A stretch of 64,000 bases of DNA from contig CAWFGE010000013.1 in NCBI GenBank assembly GCA_963815195.1, positions 96,001 through 160,000 of the forward strand, given 5' to 3'. The stretch comes from an uncultured Planctomycetaceae bacterium (GTDB lineage Bacteria > Planctomycetota > Planctomycetia > Planctomycetales > Planctomycetaceae). The notes beneath the pieces were generated by a model. It was not told the DNA's origin, made no database searches, and was given only the letters and a program-made list of their open reading frames with translations. Both the position numbers and the translations under genes were made by a program. Positions 52,385 to 61,095 of the stretch are shown in pieces. Each line of letters starts with the position of its first letter. Position 1 is the stretch's first letter.

Positions 52385-52974
52385 GGCTGGGAATCAGGCG
52401 GATGGGACACGGGGGCGCGTTCGATCTCCCGGCCGGCGACTTTCATGTCGGCCATGTCGGGGCCGCCTTCCGCGGGGGAAGCCCCTTGCATCGGCGGCAG
52501 ATGACTCAACAGCCACCGCATCAGCGGATAGGTCGCGAGGCTGCAAATGGAAGCGACGATCAACGAGCCGAGAATCAACGGCGTCCCGATGGTGACGAAC
52601 AGCCCCAAAACGGTATGCCACCACTCGGCGAAGCCGTGGTATTCGAGGATGCGGGAGAAGTCGTCCCGGCTCACGTCCCCGGCGACGAACCAGGTTCCCA
52701 CCTGGTAATCGAGCCAATAGATGGGGAGCGTGGTCAAGGGGTTCGAGACGTAAACGGTTAAGAGCGCCGCGGCCCGGTTGAAGTAAAACAACCGGGACGT
52801 GAGCACCGCCAGGAGGAGCACAAGGATCATCTGGATGCCCACGGTGGGCGTCATGCCGATGAACATCCCCACGGTTACGCCGAGGGCTTTGGAATGGTCG
52901 GTGTCTTCGAGCGCAAGGATCTGCGAGAGCAGCGTCCGCGGAGTGCGCCAAAGCCAACGGATCCAGTCCCACAT
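52381..52974 (-). CDS. DUF2062 membrane protein
   Basis: ALGVTVGMFIGMTPTVG and YVSNPLTTLPIY...VGTW motifs. ATGA overlap with the kinase gene. Confidence 0.8.
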   Translation of the reverse strand: MWDWIRWLWRTPRTLLSQILALEDTDHSKALGVTVGMFIGMTPTVGIQMILVLLLAVLTSRLFYFNRAAALLTVYVSNPLTTLPIYWLDYQVGTWFVAGDVSRDDFSRILEYHGFAEWWHTVLGLFVTIGTPLILGSLIVASICSLATYPLMRWLLSHLPPMQGASPAEGGPDMADMKVAGREIERAPVSHPPDSQP

Positions 52975-53179
52975 ATTGGAGAGTACCATTCCGAACTCAA
53001 TGCCTGAGTCAATTGTCGTATCGCCTCTCCCCTCATGGAAGAGGATCTGCAGAATTTTTGGCCCCTCTGGGTTCCCGGAGGGATTGGTCCCCTCAATTGT
53101 TGGGCGACACGGGTGAAGGGGCCGCTCGGGAACTCGCTTTCCATCCGGAGTTCCTTTGTCTGGAGCATCGGAACGGCCG

Positions 53180-54376
53180 TCACTTCTCCGCAATCAGCTT
53201 TTCCACTAGCGGCGTGATGTCTTTCGCGTAGGTGAACTCGCCGGCATCCTCGTCGAACCGCTTTCGCAGCTTGCCGTCCCGGTCGTACACGTAAACGGCC
53301 GGGATGGAAGCCAAATCGAGCTTGGCATAGATTGTCTCATCCTTTTCGCTCGACATAAAGTTGGGGAACGTCGCCTTTTGTCCTTTCAAAAACTTGAGCA
53401 CGTCCGGCTTGAGGTCGTCCACCTTGTCCAGGCCCACGTAATCCAAATTGAAGGACATGCAGACCACGTCGGTTTTGTGCTCCTTGTGGAGTTTGACCAG
53501 GTTGGGAAACTCCCGCATACAAGGCGGGCAGTAGTTGGACCACAAATCGAGCACCACGACCTTGCCGCGATGGTCGGCCACCTGTTTCTTTAAGCCCGCC
53601 CAATCTCGGACCTGAACCTGGACCGTTTCCGAAGGTTTTGCCGCGTTGTTAGTTTGTTTATCGTCTTGGGGTTTGGGGTTCTTTGCTTTGCTGTCTTCCT
53701 GTTCGGGTTGGACGTTCTTTGCCTCGCTGCCTTCCTCGTTCGGTTGTTGGGATTCTGCGGGCGGGGTGTAGGGTTCCTTGATGAGCTTCTCGACGAAGGG
53801 GATCACATCCTTGCGATAGCTGAACGGCTCTTCGCCCTCGCCCTGGAAGAACGTCTTGCGTTTCTGGCCCGTCTTGTCGAACACCAGCACCGCGGGCATT
53901 CCGAAGATCCCAAGTTTCTGCTGCAACAACTCGTCGGGCACGCTGGAAACGCCGTTTTGGAAGTTCGCCCCGTGCTTCTTGGCGAAATCCAACACCATGT
54001 TGGTGTAGGATTCCGGGGGCATGCTTCCGTTGTAATCGGTGTCGAGCGCGATCGCGGCCACGTCGTTCCGGAGGAGTTTTTTCAGCCGGACGAACTCGTC
54101 GAACCAGTGATCCTTCGTTTCATGCCAGGACGCCCACAGGTGGACCACCACGACCTTGCCCCGATGCTGATGCACCGCTTCGAGGGTTTGGTCCCAGTTC
54201 CACACCGCGACGGTGGGTTCGCCGGGGAGCGGCGGACCCAGATCCTCTTCCGGCGGCTTCGGGGCAGGATTGCCGCCGGTTTCGGATTTGTCGGGGGTTT
54301 TTTCGTTCCCGCAACCGCCGCATCCCGCCAACAACGTCAAAAACATCAAAACCAGGCACTGAAGACTGCGTTTCAT
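53180..54376 (-). CDS. Lipoprotein with two TlpA-like thioredoxin domains
   Basis: LAGC lipobox. Two HRGKVVV(V/L)xLW repeats; the second has WSNYCPPC, the first has WASWHETK. Confidence 0.85.
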   Translation of the reverse strand: MKRSLQCLVLMFLTLLAGCGGCGNEKTPDKSETGGNPAPKPPEEDLGPPLPGEPTVAVWNWDQTLEAVHQHRGKVVVVHLWASWHETKDHWFDEFVRLKKLLRNDVAAIALDTDYNGSMPPESYTNMVLDFAKKHGANFQNGVSSVPDELLQQKLGIFGMPAVLVFDKTGQKRKTFFQGEGEEPFSYRKDVIPFVEKLIKEPYTPPAESQQPNEEGSEAKNVQPEQEDSKAKNPKPQDDKQTNNAAKPSETVQVQVRDWAGLKKQVADHRGKVVVLDLWSNYCPPCMREFPNLVKLHKEHKTDVVCMSFNLDYVGLDKVDDLKPDVLKFLKGQKATFPNFMSSEKDETIYAKLDLASIPAVYVYDRDGKLRKRFDEDAGEFTYAKDITPLVEKLIAEK

Positions 54377-54529
54377 CTCACATTCCAAGTTACGCGAAAA
54401 TCAACCGTGGTGAAAGGGGAGTCTGGTCATTCTCATTCAGCCGGGAGTTTTCTGCAAGGCGACTCGGGAAGTCTCCCGGTAAGATTTTTTCCGCGGCCGC
54501 CTCCGCCCGCCAAATCGTATTCCCGGCAC

Positions 54530-54608
54530 GGGTGGCACGCTCTTGAGCGCAGCGAATGGCGTGGCATTCACCTAGATCACGCCCTTCGTTCCTCAGGGCG
54601 TGCCACCG
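54530..54608. repeat. REP-like inverted pair (GGTGGCACGC family)
   Basis: ggtggcacgctcttgagcgcagcgaatggcgtg ... cacgcccttcgttcctcagggcgtgccacc. Confidence 0.7.
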
Positions 54609-54750
54609 AAATCCGGCGCAAATCCCCTCAGAGTTGAATCCGGGCCCCCTTGGGCATCACAATAGAGATCGTTTTTGACCGAGAGAGAGTTCGGCACGGA
54701 ATCAGACCGCCTGCCGACGTTTGACGATTCACCATAGAGGAGATCTATTG

Positions 54751-56443
54751 ATGAAATTTCCATCGGCCGAGCGCGGAAGGTTCATTGGGTTGGGTGTGTT
54801 GACGATGTTGGCCTTGGCCTGGAGTTGGGCAGGGTCCGCCCGTGCCGCGGACGAGGCGTGGGAGACGATTTTCAACGGCAAAACGCTCGACGGCTGGGAC
54901 GGCAATCCCCAGTTCTGGAGCGTCCAAGACGGAGCCATCACCGGTCAGACCACGAAAGAAAACCCCACCAAAGGCAACACCTTCATCATCTGGCGGAAGG
55001 GCCATGTCGGCGATTTCGAATTGACGCTCGAATACAAAATCATCGGCGGGAACTCCGGCATCCAATACCGCAGCTTTGAAGTGCCCAATCAGAAATGGGT
55101 CATCGGCGGGTATCAAGGAGACTTTGAAGCCGGCAAAACGTATTCGGGAATTCTCTACGGCGAAAAATTTCGCGGCATTCTCTGCCCCCGCGGCGCGAAG
55201 ACGGAACTTGTCCGCCAGGGCGGCAAATTCGAGGTGAAAAACGTCGGCAGCCTGGGCGATTCCGACGAAATCCAGTCCCACATCAAATCCGAGGACTGGA
55301 ACACCTACCGCATCGTCGCCCAGGGCTTTCATTTCCAACACTCTATCAACGGCGTCCAAACCGCCGACTGTGTTGACAAAGACGAGAAGGAACGCCGAGC
55401 CGAAGGTTTGCTCGCCTTGCAACTCCACGCCGGCCCCCCGATGAAGGTGCAGTTCAAGAACATCAAACTCAAACGGGCCGGCGGCGACAAGACCGCCGTT
55501 CTGGAAGCGGATGCGGAACCGCAAACGGTGGCCGCTTGTGGCGCAGGAGGAATCCAAAACGAAGGATGTGAAAAAAGTCGTCCTGATCGCCGGCCGCAAG
55601 AGCCACGGCTATGGGGCCCACGAGCACAAAGCCGGCTGCATGCTCTTGGCGGAAGCCCTCAACAACAGCGGCCTGCCGATTAAAGCCGAGGTCGTCACCG
55701 GCGGCTGGCCCAAGGATGAATCCATCTTGGATGATGCCGACAGCATTGTGGTTTACGCCGACGGCGGCGGCGGGCATCCGTTTAACAATCATCTCGACAA
55801 GCTCAATGACCTGATGAAAAAAGGCGTGGGGCTGGTCTGCATTCATTATGGAGTGGAAGTCCCCAAGGGGCCGTCCGGCGAGGCGTTTCTCGAATGGACC
55901 GGCGGGTATTTTGAACCGGACTGGTCGGTCAATCCGCATTGGGACGCCGACTACGAGAAGTTGCCCTGCCATCAGATCACGCGGGGCGTTAGGCCGTTCA
56001 AGATCAACGATGAATGGTACTACCATATGCGGTTCCGCGATCAGATGGCGGGCATCAGGCCGATCCTTTCCGACCTGCCGCCCCAGTCCACGCTCAGCCG
56101 GCCCGACGGTCCGCACAGTGGCAACCCGGCCGTGCGGAAAGCCGTCGCCAACGGTGAAATCCAGCACATGGCCTGGGCGACCGAGCGGGAAGACGGCGGC
56201 CGGGGCTTCGGCTTCACCGGCGGGCATTTCCATTGGAACTGGGGCAACGACCAGTTCCGCAAGCTGATGCTCAACGCCATCGCCTGGACCGCCCAAATGA
56301 AAATCCCCAAGTCCGGCGTGACTTCCAAGGAACTCACCGTCCGAGACCTGATGGCCAACCAGGACGAAGACGTTCCCGGCAATTTCAACCCCGAACGCAT
56401 CCAAAAAATGCTCGACGAATGGAATCAAAAGAAATCCAAATAG
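54751..56443 (+). CDS. Secreted DUF1080 (3-keto-disaccharide hydrolase-like) + ThuA-like fusion (frameshift near 55530)
   Basis: IFNGKTLDGW, NSGIQYRS and LQLHAG...VQFKNIKLK motifs. Then KKVVLIAG..SHG, NDEWYY and GRGFGFTGGH in ORF 55511-56443. The first frame does not stop at the domain boundary. Confidence 0.8.
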
Positions 56444-56694
56444 CCAGGGCGTCAGCCCCATGATGTCGGGATCAAACCGAAACGTTCCCAACGCGTTTCC
56501 AGAGGGCGGCCCTTTCCCCAAGGGTCTGCCCAGTTTTTTCCCAATTCTGCGAAAACCAATTTCGTGAAAATCGTACAATACAATTCCCACTTCTCCCGCG
56601 TCGGCGACCCAGGTGAGCCGATGGAATACAAATACCTCAAAGAACGCCGCTCTCTCGCGGAAGGCAATTCGTTTCGAAACGAAAGAGTTGTTTC

Positions 56695-58644
56695 ATGTCC
56701 CCTCGCACGGATCAACCTTCGACGGATGTGAGATCGAGGCTTCAACTTCGCGTCATGGTCTGTTCGGCGGCGGCTCTTGGGCTTGCGATCGGAGGGTATT
56801 TCTGGTTCGATTCCGAGCGAATCCCTCCTCGGCCGGACAAGAATCCCCCTCGAAGTTCCGACCGCTTCCGCCTGCCGGACGTTCTCCCCGCGCGTTTTCG
56901 CAATGCTTCAACGTCGGTCGAGTATGTGGGGAACCGGGCCTGCGTGGAGTGCCATCCCGGAGAACACGAAACGTACCTCAAGACAACCCACAGCCGATCT
57001 CTGGCCGACATCGATGTTTCGCGGGAGCCGCCGAGCGCCGAGTTTCACCATGAACTTTCCGGCCGGCATTATCGAGTCTACCGCGCCGGGCCGACGCTGC
57101 GGATGAGCGAGTTCGTGCGGACGGCCGGCGGAGAAGAAACCGTCTTGGTGGATGTCGCCGTGCGGTACGTGATCGGCTCCGGAAACTATGCGCGAAGCTA
57201 CCTGGTGCAGAGCGACGATTTTCTGATCGAGGCCCCGCTGACGTGGTATCCGCACCGAAACCGTTGGGGCATGTCGGCGGGCTACGAGAAGGATCCGCTG
57301 CAAATGGGATTCAGCCGCGAGATCGGGTGGGGCTGCATGAACTGTCACACCGGCCGGACCGAACAAGTCGGCGGCGCGGATTTGCGGATGAAGGTTGTCG
57401 AATCGGCGATCAGCTGTGAGCGCTGCCACGGTCCCGGCGGATTGCACGTCAAGGAACGCCGCGCGATCCGGCCGATTCGGGGGAGCGTGGACGATTCGAT
57501 CGTTAACCTGCGGCATCTCTCGCGGGAGCGGCAGGAAGACGTGTGCGCCCAATGTCATTTGTCGTCCCTCGCCAATGTCGATGTCCGCGGCCGGAGCGTT
57601 GCGGACTTTCGCCCGGGGATGCGGATGAGCGACTTTCGCGTCAGCTATCGGATCGATCGGCCGGGGGCCGCGCGGACGGTGAGCGGCCAGATCGAACAGA
57701 TGCGGCTCAGTCGTTGCTACACCGAGTCCAAAACCATGACGTGCACCACGTGCCACGATCCTCATGCTCTTCCCAAGGAATCGGAGAAAGTGGCCTATTT
57801 TCGCGGCAAGTGCCTGAACTGCCACGACGCCGGCGCGTGCAGGGCGCCCGTCGAAGTCCGGCACGAAACAAAGCCCGCGGACAATTGCATGGAATGCCAC
57901 ATGCCGAAAGGTCCTACGGACATTCCGCACCTGTCCTTCTCGCATCACTACGTCGGAATCCACCCGAATGACGCGCCGAAAGTCAAATACAATGCCTCGG
58001 ACCAACTGATTGCGGATGGGGACATTTCCCATTGGCCCAAACTCGAACAGCTCCGCCTGCTCGGCGCGGCCAACGACATTTTCGCCGGGAAGCTCAAGAC
58101 GGGGCTGAACGATGAGTCGCGCGGCGACCCCGCGTACCGCGCCTTGGGAGACGTGTTCCAGAATCGAGCCCGGCTCCTGCTGGAGAAGGTCCGAGACCAG
58201 GGGCTAAAAGATCCCGAAGTCGAAGTGTTCTTCAGCCGGCTCTCCTGGAGAAAAGACCCGGCACTTTGCATCGCGCATTCGCAGTCGGCCCTCGAGTCAA
58301 AGCATCTCCGCCCCGAACTCCGGCGGACGGCTTTGTACAATCTGGCATCGACGCGATTCGATTTGGGCCAATACGACCAGGCTATGCCCTCCCTGCAAAC
58401 ATTGGTGACGTTGGAGCCGAATGAAATCCCGTTGATGCTTTTGGGAATCTGTTATCAGAAACAAGGCAACCTTCCCGAAGCCGTGCGGCTGTTCAGCCAG
58501 GCGATCCTGGCCGAGCCGACGCGCGCGGACCTGCACACTTACCTGGCGTCCGTCTATCGCCAGATGGGGAAACACGACGAAGCGGAAAAACACCTGAAAC
58601 GGGCACGCCTGTTAAGCGAGAACGTGCCCCAATTCCCGGAATAG
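56695..58644 (+). CDS. Multiheme cytochrome c with C-terminal TPR repeats
   Basis: N-terminal TM helix; seven CxxCH motifs (CVECH, CMNCH, CERCH, CAQCH, CTTCH, CLNCH, CMECH); TPR-like helices at the end. Confidence 0.85.
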   Translation: MSPRTDQPSTDVRSRLQLRVMVCSAAALGLAIGGYFWFDSERIPPRPDKNPPRSSDRFRLPDVLPARFRNASTSVEYVGNRACVECHPGEHETYLKTTHSRSLADIDVSREPPSAEFHHELSGRHYRVYRAGPTLRMSEFVRTAGGEETVLVDVAVRYVIGSGNYARSYLVQSDDFLIEAPLTWYPHRNRWGMSAGYEKDPLQMGFSREIGWGCMNCHTGRTEQVGGADLRMKVVESAISCERCHGPGGLHVKERRAIRPIRGSVDDSIVNLRHLSRERQEDVCAQCHLSSLANVDVRGRSVADFRPGMRMSDFRVSYRIDRPGAARTVSGQIEQMRLSRCYTESKTMTCTTCHDPHALPKESEKVAYFRGKCLNCHDAGACRAPVEVRHETKPADNCMECHMPKGPTDIPHLSFSHHYVGIHPNDAPKVKYNASDQLIADGDISHWPKLEQLRLLGAANDIFAGKLKTGLNDESRGDPAYRALGDVFQNRARLLLEKVRDQGLKDPEVEVFFSRLSWRKDPALCIAHSQSALESKHLRPELRRTALYNLASTRFDLGQYDQAMPSLQTLVTLEPNEIPLMLLGICYQKQGNLPEAVRLFSQAILAEPTRADLHTYLASVYRQMGKHDEAEKHLKRARLLSENVPQFPE

Positions 58645-58856
58645 TCCGCATCGAAAAAAACTCGGCTCTTCCGGCGAATCGGGGGCCGGACGCTGATGAT
58701 CTTTTTGCGCGATGATCCATGGTGGATTTCACCTCCCCTTTTGGGAGGTGAAACAGCGCGGACAAGGAATTCTTTCACACCGTCGTCGTTCCCCCTGTTT
58801 CGCCGGAAGAACCAAAAACTCTTGTCAATCGCGTCGAACGGCAACTTGCGTATGAG

Positions 58857-59963
58857 TCACTTGGACGCAAACGGCGAATAGGTCAAGCCGAAGGTCTTGG
58901 CGACGGCCTGGTTGGTGATTTGGCCTTTGTGCATGTTGACGGCGGCGGCGAAACCGGGATCGCTCGCGGTGGCCGAGAGCGAATGTTCGGCGAGTTTGAA
59001 GACATAGGGAAACGTCACGTTGCACAGAGCATACGTGCTGGTGCGGCCGACGGCTCCGGGCATGTTCGTCACGCAGTAATGCACGATGCCTTCGACAATA
59101 TATGTGGGCTCGGCGTGCGTGGTGGGGTGGGTCGTCTCCACGCAGCCGCCTTGATCGACGGCCACATCGATAATCACCGCCCCCTGTTTCATCAGCTTGA
59201 GATCCGCCGCATGCACCAGATTGGGGGCCCGCGCTCCGGGAATCAGCACCGCTCCGATCACCAGGTCGGCGAGTTCGAGTTGCTCGCGGATATTGTGCCG
59301 ATCGCTGAAGAGCGTATTCACATTGGCGGGCATGATGTCTTCGAGATACCGCAGCCGGTCCACGTTGATATCCAGAATCGCCACGTCCGCTTGAAAGCCC
59401 GCCGCGATCTGGGCCGCGTTCTTGCCGACGACGCCGCCGCCCAGGATCACAATGTGAGCGGGCGGCACGCCGGGCACGCCGCCCAGCAAAATGCCCCGGC
59501 CCTCCTGCGGGCGCTCCAGGTATTTCGCTCCTTCCTGGATGCTCATGCGGCCCGCGACTTCGCTCATCGGGGTCAGGCAGGGCAGATCGCCTTTGGGGCC
59601 TTTGAGGGTCTCATAAGCGATCGCGGTGACGCCGGTTTCGAGCACGTTCCGCGTGAGGTTCTCGTCGGCCGCGAAATGGAAATAGGTAAACAGCATCTGC
59701 CCCGCGCGGAGCAGCGGCCACTCGCGGGCTTGCGGCTCTTTCACCTTGACGACCAACTCGGCCTCGCGGAAGATCGCTTCCGGCGAATCGACGATCTCCG
59801 CCCCGTTTTCGAGGTACATCTCGTCGGGAATGCCGCTGCCGGCACCGGCTCCGCGCTCCACGAGCACGCGGTGCCCGGCCCGCGTCAATTCCTCCACGCC
59901 GACGGGCAACATCGCCACGCGGTACTCATCCTGCTTGATCTCTCGCGGCACGCCGACGATCAT
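58857..59963 (-). CDS. ald: Alanine dehydrogenase
   Basis: GVPREIK, KVKEP, PMSEVAGR, DVAVDQGGC and YCVTNMPGAV motifs. Confidence 0.96.
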   Translation of the reverse strand: MIVGVPREIKQDEYRVAMLPVGVEELTRAGHRVLVERGAGAGSGIPDEMYLENGAEIVDSPEAIFREAELVVKVKEPQAREWPLLRAGQMLFTYFHFAADENLTRNVLETGVTAIAYETLKGPKGDLPCLTPMSEVAGRMSIQEGAKYLERPQEGRGILLGGVPGVPPAHIVILGGGVVGKNAAQIAAGFQADVAILDINVDRLRYLEDIMPANVNTLFSDRHNIREQLELADLVIGAVLIPGARAPNLVHAADLKLMKQGAVIIDVAVDQGGCVETTHPTTHAEPTYIVEGIVHYCVTNMPGAVGRTSTYALCNVTFPYVFKLAEHSLSATASDPGFAAAVNMHKGQITNQAVAKTFGLTYSPFASK

Positions 59964-60083
59964 AAGGCCATCTCCGTGACTGGGGTGAAATCGCTTGAGC
60001 GAACTGTCGCTCCACCGGTTATTTCAGCAGACGCGCCACTCCGCCGCAAGGCGGCCTCGCCAAACCTCGACTTCCACAGAACG

Positions 60084-60995
60084 ATGATGACGCCGACTTA
60101 TGATGACCGCGAACGCCGGGCCGCCGGCCGTTTGATTGAACTGGCTTTCGCCGAGGATCTGGACGAGGCGGGTGATTTAACCTGTCAGGCATTGATTCCG
60201 GATTCGGCCCGCGCGGAAGTGCTCGTGGTCGCCCGGCAACGGGGCGTGCTCGCCGGCGGCCCGGTCGCTATGCAGGTTTTTTCCACGCTCGATCCCCAAG
60301 TGGTTTGGACGCCGGAAGCGTCCGATGGGACCGAGCTATCCGCCGCAACGTGCATTGCCAAAGTTGCGGGGCCGCTGCGGTCGCTTTTGACGGGCGAGCG
60401 AACCGCGCTAAACTTTCTCACGCATCTCAGCGGAATCGCCACGTTGACGCACCGCTTCGTGGAAGCCGCCCAACCGGCGGACGTGGAGATTCTGGATACG
60501 CGGAAGACGCATCCGGGTTGGCGGATTTTGGAAAAATACGCCGTCCGCGCCGGCGGCGGGACGAACCACCGCATGGGTCTGTTTGACGGGTGTCTGATCA
60601 AAGACAACCACCTGGCGGCGTGGGAGGCGGAGCAAAGCTCTTCGTCCACCAAACCCTCGATCGCGGAAGCCGTGCGGCAGGCCCGGGTGAACGTGGGAAA
60701 CAATGTTTCCGTCGAAGTGGAAGTCGATACGCTCGATCAACTGCGGGATGCGCTCGCGGGTTCGCCGGATATTGTGCTCTTGGACAACATGCCGCCCGAA
60801 GTGCTGCGGGAAGCGGTGGCAATTCGCAACGAACTCGGACCGCAGGTGCTATTGGAAGCCTCCGGCGGGATCACATTGGAAACGATCGCAGGCATTGCGA
60901 AAACTGGCGTGGAGCGAATCAGCATCGGAGCGCTGACGCACTCCGCCCCGGCTTGCGACATTGCCTTCGATTGGTCCGGCCTGCTGCGGGGATAA
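60084..60995 (+). CDS. nadC: Nicotinate-nucleotide pyrophosphorylase (carboxylating)
   Basis: ERTALNFL, DTRKTHPG, NHRMGL, IKDNH, EVEVD, LLDNM and EASGG motifs. Confidence 0.95.
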   Translation: MMTPTYDDRERRAAGRLIELAFAEDLDEAGDLTCQALIPDSARAEVLVVARQRGVLAGGPVAMQVFSTLDPQVVWTPEASDGTELSAATCIAKVAGPLRSLLTGERTALNFLTHLSGIATLTHRFVEAAQPADVEILDTRKTHPGWRILEKYAVRAGGGTNHRMGLFDGCLIKDNHLAAWEAEQSSSSTKPSIAEAVRQARVNVGNNVSVEVEVDTLDQLRDALAGSPDIVLLDNMPPEVLREAVAIRNELGPQVLLEASGGITLETIAGIAKTGVERISIGALTHSAPACDIAFDWSGLLRG

Positions 60996-61008
60996 GGGCG
61001 TTGTTTTG

Positions 61009-61076
61009 TGAGCGGCGCGGCGCTAGCCGCCGATTCGGGAATCACGGAAGACCCGCGGCTAGCGCCGTGCCGCTCA
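61009..61076. repeat. REPIN (GCTAGC family)
   Basis: tgagcggcgcggcgctagccgc ... gcggctagcgccgtgccgctca. Confidence 0.85.
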
Positions 61077-61095
61077 AGGATTGTTCGAACGAACC

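Noticed and set aside
58920..60083. Long N-terminal extension of NadC
   Set aside because: Antisense to ald; NadC similarity begins only near 60084.
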